DNA of 64,000 bases from Octopus sinensis (lineage: Eukaryota), in assembly GCF_006345805.1 (NCBI RefSeq), contig NW_021832593.1:1-64000 (forward strand). Direction: 5' to 3'. This document shows positions 22,615-34,876 of the stretch, piece by piece. The first letter of the stretch is position 1. Each line of letters opens with the position of its first letter. Below the pieces are notes generated by a model. That model saw only the letters and a list, made by a program, of their open reading frames with translations. It ran no database searches and was not told the origin of the DNA. Position numbers and translations under genes: made by a program.

Positions 22615-22991
22615 AAACTCCATACACAACAAAACAAGCACCAACACCACAAAAACAATGCTATCAGCGATAGACACAAAAGACTCCAAACTAATGGAGT
22701 ACATCACAGGATACACAAACATTTGTGAAGATGACTTTAAAAATAGCAATCATCCACGGACTACACCACCCAAACACATCAAAATACTACACATCACACA
22801 AACACAACACCACACAAACTCAAAGCTCTTCCCAAATGCTGTAGGGGGTTTCCAGAAATATCTGTCCAAAAACTATATAGAAACCTCCTCGAAGACACAT
22901 CAAAGAACGAGGAAGCCAAAACTTTCGACACAAGTAAGTAACTCTCTGTACTTTCATTTGTGTGTTTTAAAGCACACACCCCAATAGAATC

Positions 22992-25900
22992 ATGGTCAAG
23001 ATTGGTTGTGTGAATGCGCGTGGCTTGGGGTCTCCTTGGAAACAAATCACATGATTTGGGAATCATAGCCATAAGTGAGACCAGACTCCACGAGCCACGG
23101 GCCCTAAAGTCCATGTTTGGCGGACAGTTTAACATTTATTTCGCTCCCTGTCTGCCGAGGATGGGCGGTAGTGGCACCGCGGTACTTTTTCACAAGAGCC
23201 TGGATCTCGAAGTCAAGAGGATATTCGTGGACCCGGAGGGTAGACTGATCGTTCTGGATGTTGACGGCAGCAATGGGTGCGCTTTTCGACTCGTATCAGT
23301 CTACGCACCGCCCTTAACAGGTCGGGCGGATTTCTTTCGACGTCTAGAAGTATTCTGGGAACGTCTCGTCCTTTACTCTTAGTGGGGGATTGGAATGCTA
23401 CCTTGGACACGCATGTAGACTACGTGGTAGAGACAGAAACAGAAGGGGATGCAAATGCCTCAGAGACCTGCTCAGACGATTCCAACTGTCTGACAGGTAC
23501 CGACTCGACCACCCAAATGCACCAACGTGGACATGGAGCAACCGCAGTGGGTCGTCGAGATCGTATCTAGATAGGATACTGTGTAGGACAGTAGACAAGG
23601 ATAACTTAGGATGTCCACAATTCCACACAGTCAGCTACACGGATCACAAATTGGTGACGTGTACGCTAGACTTAGATAAGGCACATAGACAGGGTCCTGG
23701 GTACTGGAAACTGAACGCATCATTCCCGTCCAGACAAGTTTTCAGAGACCGGATTAGCACACTAGTAAAGAGGGCTTTGACGGGAGCCATCATCAACAAC
23801 AAATGGTGGTTTGCCCTCAAGAGAGCAGTAAAAGCAGAAGCGATTAGGTACAGCAAAGCACTAGCCATAGATAGAAATAGAGTAGAGGGTGAGCTAGTTA
23901 AGAAGCTAGAAGAGGCAATTAGAAGCGGCATCGCATCCGACGTTTTGGCGGCGAGGTTGGCCCTCGACCAACACTTCAACGCCAAAACAAGGATGTGCTG
24001 TCAGAGCTAGGATGCGTGCTCTAAGGAACGAAGGTGTTGGAGCCGCGAGAGAGGCCCGGGTGGCAGAGGCGCAACAGGCAACAAAGCCACCATTCGGTCA
24101 CTGGTAGATGAACAGGGGCGCGAATTGCTCGAGCCAAGTAAAATGTGTGAGCCTTTCAGCAGCATTTTGCCCGACTGTTCGGGACGAGTGGAGGGCAAGA
24201 ACGTAGAGTAGACTTCAGTGCCTACCTACATAGCCTGCCACGACTCTCGACAAGAAGGCAGGGTGCTGAAGGTGCCATCACGGCGGCGGAAGTGCGGGAA
24301 GCGATGGCAGAATGCTCGAGGACAAATCAAATCACCGGGTTTGGATGTCTACCCTGCGAATTTTACTATTGTATGCCAGACTTGTTTGGAGACGTCTTGG
24401 CAGCGGTATACTGCAACTGGCAGCAAAACGGGAGCATACCCGGTTTTGTGAGTCGAGGAGCTGTAACTCTGCTGAAGAAAGATCCAAACAGGGAAACATT
24501 ATAGATAACTTTAGGCCAATCACTCTGCTCAATGCAGACCTAAAAATTTGACAAAGGTGTTAGCCAAGAGGTTGGCGCTTGTCATGGAGAAACTGGTCGA
24601 CAACGCACAAACGTGCGCCGTGCCGGGCCGGAGCATCCATGACAACCTCCATCTGATGCGCTTCATCATAGACAGGGTAGTTAACGAACCTGGCATGGGT
24701 GGGGCCCTGATCAACTTGGATCAATCGAAAGCCTTTGATAGGGTAGACCATCGATACTTGGAGGCGGTCCTGAGAGCGGCTGGTTTCGGTCCCGTCTTCC
24801 GCGGCTGGATAGCTGCCTTGTACAGGGGCATCCGTTCGGTAATTCGCGTAAATGGACATCTATCGAGACCCTTCGACATTGCACGTTCGGTCCGTCAGGG
24901 ATGCCCTCTCTCGGCGCTTCTATACGTATTGACTCTTGAGCCACTACTGCGGAAGCTGGCGACTCTGAGGGGCATCCCGCGAGAATTAAGATGCGGGACG
25001 AGCGTGTCTGCATACGCGGACGACGTCACCGTCATAGTGTCAAGCCACGAGCACATCGAGCGGGTCGGCGAGACACTGAAAGACTACGTAGCGGTGACAG
25101 GAGCAAAAATCAACCGGGAAAAGTCAGTGGGCTTGCGGCTCGGCACCTGGAGAAGCAAGCCCATGCCGTCCACCAGTACCTCCGTCGTGGGACGCTGGAC
25201 AGACGGCCCGGTTGAGTTGCTCGGGGTCTGGTTCGGTCCGGACCTCCAAATGGAGAACTGGAACGAGATAACGAGTAGGGTGGTCACTCTCGCCCAGCAA
25301 TGGGCCGAGAGGAAAAGGTCGGGCGGAGGTGGTGAACGCGTACATCGCGTCCATCATCTACTACCGCCTGACCGTCGTACCTTGTCCCGACCCTACCATC
25401 ACCAAACTAGAACGCATCCTCTTCCGCTTCTTGTGGAAAGGATGCGTCCCGATGGTCAGGCGATCCATTTGCTGTCAACACCCGTTAAAAGGAGGGCTGG
25501 GCATGCCGTGGCTGATGAATGCGCAGACACGCGCTGAGACTGCGACATCTCCGGCTCTATGTAGACGACGGTGAACAGGTGTGGTCGCCGTTTGTGAGGC
25601 ACGCATTCCCGCAACTCGTCTCCATGACCGAACTACAGTCGTGGATCAAAAAGAGGCCGAGGAGGGGCGAATGGCACCGCGAGTTGTCGCGTTGCTCTCA
25701 AGCAACTCTGCCGTCCCGGGTCGACCTTGAGTGACTTCAACACAATCAAAGCATTCTATAGGGGATATTAGTGGAGGGGAGGTACGACGACGAGCTCGGG
25801 GCAAACCTGGGCGTCGACGAGGAATACCTGACCCGCCTGTTTCAAAACGACTTTCGGCGCCGGGACCTATGGACAACTTCCAGAGATCCCTGGCCTGGCG

Positions 25901-26310
25901 TGCTATACCGAGAAGCGCTACCCGTTCGGGATAAGCTCTATAGGCATGGCTCGAGAAACACGGGGCCGACTGCCCGAGATGCGGGCAGAGCGACGAAACC
26001 GCTCTGCACGCAATCGTGCAGTGTCCAGCAATTTCCGACCTGTGGGCTTATGTCGAACGACTGCTGTCACGTGTGGGACGTGTCGGTTTATCAACCGAGT
26101 CTATCGTTAATATCGTCACGCCTCCTCCTTCAAACGGGAAGGAAGAGCTATTTTTATCATACTTGTGGCTATGGCGAAAGAATGTATCTGGTGGACGCGC
26201 CTGAAAGGATTAGAGACAAACACTTTCCTCTCTGGTCAATCTCTCATCAACTTCTTCAAGTATCACTTGAAGAGGAAAGTGAGAGTAGAGAGAGCAAGTT
26301 TGTCTAGTGA
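22992..26310 (+). pseudogene. LINE ORF2: AP endonuclease, reverse transcriptase and zinc finger, multiple frameshifts
   Basis: MVKIGCVNARGL, ISETRL, VYAP, GDWNA, YLDRI, TDHK; KSPGLD, FRPITLLNAD.KI, LDQSKAFDRVDH, VRQGCPLS, YADDVT; CPRCGQSDETALHAIVQC. Confidence 0.92.
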
Positions 26311-26759
26311 AGTTTAAAAAAAGATGGGTGAATGTAGCAAGGATGGCACGTATGAATGACGAAGCCACCTTGACTATGATTCTATGAACCGTAAAAATTA
26401 ATACAGAGAGTTGCTTATTTGAAAAAAAAAAAAAAGAAAATAAACATGTGACTTCATTGACCGAGGTTACGTGGTCTTTTCGTAGGCTTTTCTTTCCACG
26501 GGTAAACCTCACCTGTTCTCCCTTTACACTTCATATTGACATTTCTGTGATAACGATCCCTATTGATCAATTTTTTGCTCTCCCCCCACCTTTTTTTTTT
26601 TTATTAACCCCTCCCTTTTTTTAGTCTTCTTTCTTTCCTTTTACGATCCCTTTTGATCGAAAACCACCACTCCCTTTTTTTACCCCCCAAAAGAAAAGCT
26701 CTACCTTGTAATTTGTTCTATCTGTGTGCAGCCCTTGTGTGGCTAATAATAAAGAAACA

Positions 26760-26797
<38 letters not shown>

Positions 26798-26840
26798 ATC
26801 TCTCTCTCTCTCTCTCTATAATATTATATTATATATATAT

Positions 26841-27166
26841 ATTATATAAAAGGCTTAGTAAAATAAATTACTTTGCCGCATACTGAACTCATTAGAAATA
26901 GCAGCTAAAAAACTTTTTTAAGGCTATTTCTAATACTTAAAGAAAATCTCTCTCATATATAGTGTTTGCATAATTTAACTCACAAAAGTTTGGGGGTAAT
27001 GTCATTACCCCCAAACTTTTGTGAGGTTAAATTATGCAAACACTATATATGAGAGAGATTTTCTTTAAGTATTAGAAATAGCCTTAAAAAAGTTTTTTAG
27101 CTGCTATTTCTATAAGAGTTCAGTATGCGGCAAAGTAATTTATTTTACTAAGCCCTTTTATATAAT
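26841..27166. repeat. ~160-bp-arm palindrome with essentially no spacer (centre at 27001)
   Basis: ...GGGGGTAATG T CATTACCCCC...; arms are near-exact reverse complements. Confidence 0.92.
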
Positions 27167-27547
27167 GTAATAATTTGAATTCGCCTTGAATGGTCCCTTT
27201 GCATACTGAACACTTGGTGAAATTGATTAATAATTAATTAATTTTGCCCTCAATTGTTGAAATTATAATTAATCTCCCTCTGATTAATGCTTCGGACTTT
27301 ACCGAAATAAGCATAGAGTTTGATGATTTTAACCCACGCTGGTGGAGGAAAGAAGAACAGAGATTCTTCGCTTGCTTATTTTGAATTTGTTGGCACTGTT
27401 AGTGGGAGCAGATCTTCGAGAGGGTAGTTCTTATTTTCAGTGTTTCCAAATCCAAACCAAGGAATTTCCGAGCCGATGATAGAAATGTTGTTTTGACTAA
27501 TCTTGAAACGTACGTTCTCGAATAACCTTAGCATTTGATTTTTCGTT

Positions 27548-27808
27548 GTCATTACCCCCAAAATTTGTGAGTTAAATTATGCAAACACTATATATGAGAG
27601 AGATTTTCTTTAAGTATTAGAAATAGCCTTAAAAAAGTTTTTTAGCTGCTATTTCTAATGAGTTCAGTATGCGGCAAAGTAATTATTTTACTAAGCCCTT
27701 TTATATAATGTAATAATTTGAATTCGCCTTGAATGGTCCCTTGCATACTGAACACTTGGTGAAATTGATTAATAATTAATTAATTTTGCCCTCAATTGTT
27801 GAAATTAT
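27548..27808. repeat. Direct repeat of 27001-27268
   Basis: GTCATTACCCCCAAA...GCCCTCAATTGTTGAAATTATA occurs twice, with a few indels. Confidence 0.92.
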
Positions 27809-27904
27809 ATATATATATATATATATATATAATAACAAAATAATAAATAAAACATATGCATATATACATACATATATGTACGTACCTACATCTATATGTA
27901 TATA

Positions 27905-28420
27905 TACATGTATATATAGGTACAGGACACCAAAAAAAGTCGAACACAATGAGAAACGAAAACAGAAAAACAGAACCATGGAAACGGACATGTTTTTAAA
28001 CAACAAAAAAACAGGGTACAAGACATACGACACAAGGAAAATTCCCCCTTCTTCAGCCGCCTCCGTTTCGTCTACTCCGCGTTTCGAAGGTAAAGGCGAG
28101 ACATGACTTCGATGAAATGGCCCTTCCCGCAAATAATTTGAGATTTTTTGCGGAGGGGTAAAAGTGGTAACAAAAACAGGACAGTAAAAACAATACAAGA
28201 CAGTAAAAATACAAATAAAAATAATAAAAACAGTAAACGACAGGACAAGTAGAACAAGAGTAATACGAACTTTAAGAGCTGTTAAGCCGAACGAAAGAGA
28301 TATTATTTTGAACGCGTGAGAACAAAGGCATAAGAAAGGAATAGTATGCCGTCTACACCTGTTGAAGGCTGTGGTCAGAAAGACAGGATTCTGGTCACAT
28401 GTTAGCGACGAGAAGGAGGA
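27905..28420 (-). mobile_element. Probable Penelope-like or other retroelement remnant
   Basis: Strongly strand-biased (T-rich on minus) segment between (TA)n tracts, resembling PLE 3' ends; seen only once in the window. Confidence 0.3.
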
Positions 28421-28574
28421 GGAGGAGGAGGAGTAGTAGTAAGAGAAAGGAAACGGTGAAATGGAGAGAATGGTAGAGAAAACCAGAAAGAATGAAGAAT
28501 TAGGGAGGAGGAGGGGGGAGGAGTAAGAGAAAGGGAACAGTGAAAGGGAGAGAAATATATATATATATATATAT

Positions 28575-29640
28575 AAAGTTAATCCAAACAAGAAAACAAA
28601 AAGACAACAACGCGAGGATGTGGAACAATTAAAGTATTATTGGGCGCTCAGGAAAAAGGGAAGAAGGAGGGTATGACGTTTCGAGCGGAGCTCTTCGTCG
28701 GAAACATAGGAGAAAGAAAGATCCCGAGGTGGGAGGACAGAGGGAAAAAAATGCAAGTGGTCATCACGAGGTCAACATACTGAAAAGGCGGAAGTAGTAA
28801 ACAAGAGAGTGCGGGTTTTCAAAGACAAGAGAGCGGAAAAAGAAGGAAGGTAAACAACAGTGTGCGGGATGACAAGGGTGTGTGTGTGTGTGTGTGTGCG
28901 TGTGTGTGTATGTGTGTATATGGTGGGCGAGGGTGAAGGCTAGCGAGTGACAGGTCAGAAACAAGAAGGAATGTGTGTGTGCGTGTATATGTCTCGTGTG
29001 TGTGTTTAGTTGTAGTATGTGTGTGTACGTGTGTGTTTTTTGTGTGTATGGCGAGTAACTGTGCTTAACTAAGTGTATGTGTGGGTGTGTGGGTGTGCGT
29101 ATATGTGCGTATATGTATGATTGTGTGCATGTATGTATGTGTGCGTGCGTATGTGTGCGCATGTTTTGGTGTGCGTATGTATGTGTGTGTCTGTGCTTAT
29201 ATGTGTGTACGTATGTGTATGTATGCATGCGCGTGGAGGTATATGTTGTGTGTATGTATGTGTCGGTGTGTATATGAGTTCGTGTGTGTTTGTACGTGTG
29301 TAAGTGTGTGTGCGCGTATTGTATATATATATGTAAATGTGTGTGTGTGAGTGCGTGGGAGTGAATGTATGTATGTGCGTGTGTGTACAAAATGTAGGGG
29401 TATTATATGTGTGTTTATATGTTTATGTGTGTCTATATATATGCATGCAAGGAAACACTTCGCAACTGAAGGAATGATGGAAAATACTCCTGCGGTGACA
29501 TGCGTAAGAGAAAACCCAGGCACAACGCGCCGGCCCAGACACGAACCCGAGATATAGCCAGGACCCACAGGCGTGCGTGCATGCATGCATGTATGCGTGC
29601 GTGCGCGCGCGCAGTGTGCTAGCGTGTGTGTGGGATTCAA
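28575..29640 (-). mobile_element. Second P1 Penelope 3' fragment (terminal repeat, CA-rich tract, GC island)
   Basis: Terminal repeat matches 15905-16200; island at 29455-29545 aligns with 16590-16680. Confidence 0.75.
28671..28705 (-). ncRNA. Minimal hammerhead motif (family b, CCGACGA core, GUC triplet)
   Basis: Identical to 16007-16041. Confidence 0.6.
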
Positions 29641-29960
29641 TGTGCTTAGTATTAAATTAAGAGGTAATAATAATCTCAAATCATGGAAACAAGGTAATTT
29701 GGAAGATTTCCTCTGATTCTACCTACAATAGAACAATAAAATGCATATATGCTTTGAGATAGCTGGCGCTATTTTTATAACTATGCCGATTTAAAGTATC
29801 ATAAAAGCATGAAACCCTTAGTAGTTCTTTTGATAGTGTATTAAATTTTATCTCTCACTGGATAGAATACGTTTTTGTTGATTCTCCACACACACACACA
29901 CTCACACATATACACGGCGCTACCCTGCACCAAATTTGGCGTATGATCATAACACATACG

Positions 29961-30072
<112 letters not shown>

Positions 30073-30199
30073 GTATTTCAGTTGTTTTTCCTTCGTACTT
30101 GCAGAGAGTCGCTCAAACTTTCTTTAAAAGGAACGGGGTACACCATAGTAGGCACATAAACGTGAAGCAAGATGGGGAAAATAGTACTCAAACGACGCC

Positions 30200-30340
30200 G
30201 TACCGCTCGCTAAGTGATCGAAAGAGAGCAACGTGAAAGAAAGAGTTTTGCTCAAGAACACAACGCGCCGCCCAGTGGGCCAGTGGGGGAATCGAACCCA
30301 CGATCTCGCGATTAGGAGTATAACACCCGAACCACAGGAC
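30200..30340 (-). mobile_element. SINE family C, 5' part
   Basis: GGGTTCGATTCCC B box and GTTGTGTTCTTGAGCAA...TTTCACGTTGCTC on the minus strand. Confidence 0.65.
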
Positions 30341-30462
30341 GTCAAAAAAAAACGTGAACGGAATGAAAAATGTTTTTTGAAGTCCTGTACTCATATATGG
30401 ATGTATATATATATGTATGTAGGTATGTACATATATGTATGTATATATGTATGTATAAATCC

Positions 30463-31668
30463 TTAAATCCTTAAAAATGTTTTAGCCCGAAGGCCGCGGC
30501 CATGCTGGGGCACCACCGCTGAATGAGCTACACTAATTTGTGAATCCACCTCTGATACGTGGCACTTGATCAACAAGGGAGTTCGATGCTGCTGCCCGCA
30601 TCTGTGTCTCCTGTCGTGAGGTAGGTTCATCTGGGACTCCCGACAAGAAGAGATCCAGTTTAGTTTTAAAGAAACCCACATCCACACCATGTAAGTCTCT
30701 CAGGTATTTAGGGAGGATGTTAAAGAGCTGTGGTCCTCTGAAACCCAAGCTGTTGCAGTATCTGGACCTGTATTTTGATGGTGATGTTGGAATCCTTGGC
30801 ACCATGCAGTGACGCTCCGTTCTGCGGTTTGGGTAACTTTGAATGCCAAAGTTTGGGACAAGACCCTCCAGGATTTTCCAGATGTATATCACCGCATATC
30901 TCTCCCGCCTCCGCTCTAGGGAGAAGAGGTTTAATACCTTCAGTCTTTCCCAGTAGCTGATATTTTGCATTGAGACGATTTTCTTTGTGTAGATTCTCTG
31001 AATTGCTTCGAGTTCTGCTGTTAGTTTTATATTGTGTGGAGACCACAGTTGGGAGCAGTAGTCCAAGCGTCTGAGGACGAATGTTTTCCATAGGACCATC
31101 AGTGTCTCCTTCTCTCTTGTTCTGAAAGTTCGGAGAATCCATCCAGCTAGCCGTCTGCATTTTATCACCAGATTAGCAATATGCACTTGGAAAGATGCAT
31201 CATTGCTCATGACAATGCCCAGGTCACGCACTGATTTTGACTCAGGGATTGCAATTCTTCCTGGGCCAGTGTATCCAGTCTGCACGTCGTTTACCTTTGT
31301 GTGCCAGTAACGTAGGGCCTGGAACTTACCTGCATTAAACTGCATGTTGTTGTCCTCAGCCCACCTGTATATTGTGTCCAACTCCTGTTGCAGATGCGCA
31401 ATATTTTCAGGGTTTTGTATTGCGTGGGAGACTTTTGTGTCATCTGCATAGCTATCAAGGGTGGTCATCGTAGCAACTGAAGGCATGTCTGAAAGGGCCA
31501 CTATGAACATCAGTGGCCCCAAGACAGTGCCCTGCGGGACACCGCTTGCTATTTCTGTTTCCTTGGAGGTGGCTCCATTGCTCACAACTGCCTGTTTTCT
31601 GTCTTTTAGGAAGTTGTGCAGCCACTCTCCAAGTTTTCCGCCTATGCCGAGACCACGCAGTTTGTGAC
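30463..31668 (-). mobile_element. 5'-truncated CR1/L2-group LINE (RT C-terminal half and 3' tail)
   Basis: ORF 30533-31729: SGVPQGTVLGPLMF, YADDTKV, WAEDNNMQFNAGKF, LDYCSQLWSP, SLERRRERY; tail (TTAAGGAT)n at about 30463-30480; frame intact for about 378 codons. Confidence 0.92.
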
Positions 31669-31682
31669 AGATATATATATAT

Positions 31683-31893
31683 ACTCTTTTACTAGTTTCA
31701 GTCATTTGACTGCGGCCATGCTGGAGCACCGCCTTTAATCGAGCAACTCGACCCCGCGACTTATTCTTTTGTAAGCCTAGTACTTATTCTATCGGTCTCT
31801 TTTGCCGAACCGCTAAGTAACATAAACACACCAGCATCGGTTGTCAAGCAATGCTAGGGGGACAAACACAGACACACAAACACACACACACGC

Positions 31894-31942
<49 letters not shown>

Positions 31943-32105
31943 GACGGGCTTCTTTCAGTTTCCGTCTACCAAATCCACTCACAAGGCATTGGTCGGCCCG
32001 AGGCTATAGTAGAAGACACTTGCCCAAGGTTCCACGCAGTGGGACTGAACCCGGAACCATGTGGTCGGTAAACAAGCTACTTACCACACAGCCACTCCTG
32101 CGCCT
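31683..32105 (-). mobile_element. SINE family A, full copy
   Basis: Head, CORE-like segment, internal (TA)/(CA) tract and tail as in 8582-9036. Confidence 0.9.
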
Positions 32106-32349
32106 ATGTATACATATATATATATTATTTATATTATTATATGACCGAACGCCACGCATCCATTTCCAAGTAAGTTTTATCTATATATATAAGATCAATG
32201 ATGTGTGAGATCAGGAATGTATAGCGGGTTCAATGGGAATTGCACAGATAATAGCAGAACGAATATTTCAATTCTACCGATTTGTTGTTTCAATAAATAA
32301 CTACTGTGTTCTCCAACGCCAATCACTTTTCGGAAACAAAACATTTTAC

Positions 32350-32436
32350 CTGTGTAAATCCTGATATATTATCTCTGGCGATTTGTTCAAACATTCGCAA
32401 AGAATATGTTTCATCGCAGAAGAATTTCTCTTCAAA
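32350..32436 (-). CDS. Candidate host exon (87 nt, phase 0-0): FEEKFFCDETYSLRMFEQIARDNISGFTQ
   Basis: catAG acceptor, CAG|GTAAAA donor, open frame, non-repetitive composition; no homology recognised. Confidence 0.3.
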
Positions 32437-32762
32437 CTATGACGTCAAAGGATTCCATGAAGAATGATTTATCAAACAGCGTCCCTGCCTTGCATATTAA
32501 GTGAAGACGTAGATAATTTGGTTTTATAATCGTAAACCAATATTTAAATATTTACGCACACGCTCTGGTATAATAAATATATAAATATATTTAAATAATG
32601 TGCAGAAAATAGAGAGCTAATTAAATCAATGATAGATTATAATATAATGGGAAAATTATAAAATAAATAAATGAAGAGCGCAAATATAAAATTGCTTTTG
32701 AAGACAGGAGCACATTTTCTGCCAATACTCGTATACAAATACGCACACTCACACACACACAA

Positions 32763-32796
<34 letters not shown>

Positions 32797-32902
32797 GCGT
32801 ATATTATATGTATATATATTTATATATATATATGTAGGGATGAATATATACCTATCTCTCATTCTATATATATGTATATATATATACATATATGTATGCG
32901 TA

Positions 32903-32942
<40 letters not shown>

Positions 32943-32960
32943 TATATATATATATATATA

Positions 32961-33003
<43 letters not shown>

Positions 33004-33166
33004 TATGCATATGTATTTATCTAAGTATTTATATATGTATGCATGTATGTTTTTATATTTACCTATAATATTTGTGATATACGTAGGGGTATAATATCGT
33101 ATGTAAATATATATATAAGTATATGTATATATATATATATGCTTATATATATATATGTGTATATAT

Positions 33167-33218
<52 letters not shown>

Positions 33219-33647
33219 ATATATATATATATAGGCTTATATATATATATATATATGCATGCATAAACACGCTGGCATACATGCATAGACGTTGATATCT
33301 ACTTTCCTTTTGCATAACGCTGAGGGAAGCATCTAGTGAGAGAGAGAGAGGGGAAAGTGTTAGTGGGAGAGGTACTGACGCAAGCGAAAAAGTATGAATG
33401 TAATACGGAGATGAAATTGGGAAGAATATCAAAACAAAGTATGGGACGTCACCCAGTCTTTAGTTACCTCCTTCTCTTATTTTCTGTGCCCCTGTCAGTC
33501 TGTCTCTCTTTCTGTCTCTCTCTTTCTCTCTCTTTCTCTCTCTCTCAGTGTTTGAGTTATATTTCTGTGTATAAAATAATCATTTCTGTACAACAACTGA
33601 AAACGTGCAGAGACGTATACATATTTATGCATATTAGCATGTATGTA

Positions 33648-34010
33648 CTCTTGCGTCAGAAATTAATTAGCACTTCTCAAATTTCTACATTAAATAGGTT
33701 AAATCAATTAACCTTATGAGCTGTTCAAAACGTCTTACGCGATGAGAAAACTTAGTATGGTGTGATTTCGGTCCTTGCGAGGCGCTACCTATATCTATTA
33801 AACAAAGGAAGATTTGTCTGCATCCGCACTCCAAGTTGTTGTTGCACTGCTATGTCAACATCATAAGGCTGTAGACTCTCAAACTGCTCTGCAAACAAAG
33901 TTACGTCATCGTTCTGCGCAACAGTGAACTCGCAACAAAGCAATAGTTCGAGATATGGCCACTAGGTGACAGCACATATCTTGAGTGCTAATTAATTTCT
34001 GACGGTAGTG
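33648..34010. mobile_element. Tc1/mariner-type MITE
   Basis: TIR core CGTCAGAAATTAATTAGCACT at both ends; TA at 33646-33647 and 34011-34012. Confidence 0.75.
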
Positions 34011-34026
34011 TATGTATGTATGTATG

Positions 34027-34059
<33 letters not shown>

Positions 34060-34074
34060 CTGTTTGTATATATA

Positions 34075-34298
34075 TTTCTTTACTGCCCACAAGGGGCTAA
34101 ACATATAGGGGACAAACAAGGACAGACAAAGGGATGAAGTCGATTTCTTTCGACCCTAGTGCATAACTGGTACTTAATTTATCGACCCCGAAAGGATGAA
34201 AGGCAAAGTCGACCTCGGCAGAATTTGAACTCAGAACGTAACGGCAGACGAAATACGGCTACGCATTTCGCCCGGCGTGCTAACGTTTCAGCCAGCTC
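34075..34298 (-). mobile_element. SINE family B
   Basis: Full body, long tail and head similar to 58144-58378. Confidence 0.85.
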
Positions 34299-34414
34299 AA
34301 GGTGAGTACGTGTGTTTGTGTCAACATCATACGTTTGTAAAGGCTAAGCGGAACGAGAATGTAACCAAACACACTGACAAGTCTCGCATGTAAATACAGA
34401 TATGAGAAAGCCGG

Positions 34415-34595
34415 AAATTTGAGAGGATCGAATTAATCGATTAGATTGAACCCAGTGCTGAACTAGAGCTTATTTTATTGACCCCGAAGTGGATGAAGGA
34501 CAAAGTCGAGCTCGGTGGAATTCGAACTCAGATGTAAAGCCGGACGAAATGCCGTTAAGCGTTTTGTTCGGAATGCTGACGATTGAGCCAGATCT
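34415..34595 (-). mobile_element. SINE family B, degenerate
   Basis: GACCCCGAAGTGGATGAAGG...GGAATTCGAACTCAG. Confidence 0.6.
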
Positions 34596-34624
34596 TTGCT
34601 TTTGCTGTAGTTACATTTATGTAC

Positions 34625-34876
34625 AGAGTGGTTGTAAACTGTCAACTTAACGTGACAGTAAGGGAATTACACCACCGCTGTTTAGCCCTAGGAAGCATCG
34701 ACGCTTCCTGTCGGCTTTGACACATTTCCTGTGTCCTTATATATTTACGAAGGGGAGATATATAAGGATACAGGAATGTGTCAAGGCTGACAGGAAGCGT
34801 CGATGCTTCCTAGGGCTAAACAGTGGTGGTGTAATTCCCTTACTGTCACGTTAAGTTGACAGTATACAACCACTCT
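34625..34876. mobile_element. Foldback/MITE with ~120-bp inverted arms and 13-nt loop
   Basis: AGAGTGGTTGTA.ACTGTCAACTTAACG...CCTTATATAT and its reverse complement, with few mismatches. Confidence 0.85.

Larger units (their letters stand above)
20620..26760 (+). mobile_element. Near full-length Tx1/L1-clade LINE (ORF1 and ORF2, disrupted)
   Basis: ORF1 with CCHC knuckle, ORF2 with APE, RT and C-terminal CCHC, T-rich 3' UTR ending AATAATAAAGAAACAT; 5' boundary approximate. Confidence 0.9.

Noticed and set aside
26878-26912. CTGAACT...GAAA in the palindrome arm (also CTGAACA at about 27206)
   Set aside because: G8 and/or A9 missing, and stems do not form.
28040-28115. CTGAAGA and GAAAC motifs on the minus strand
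   Set aside because: Order and spacing fit no hammerhead topology.
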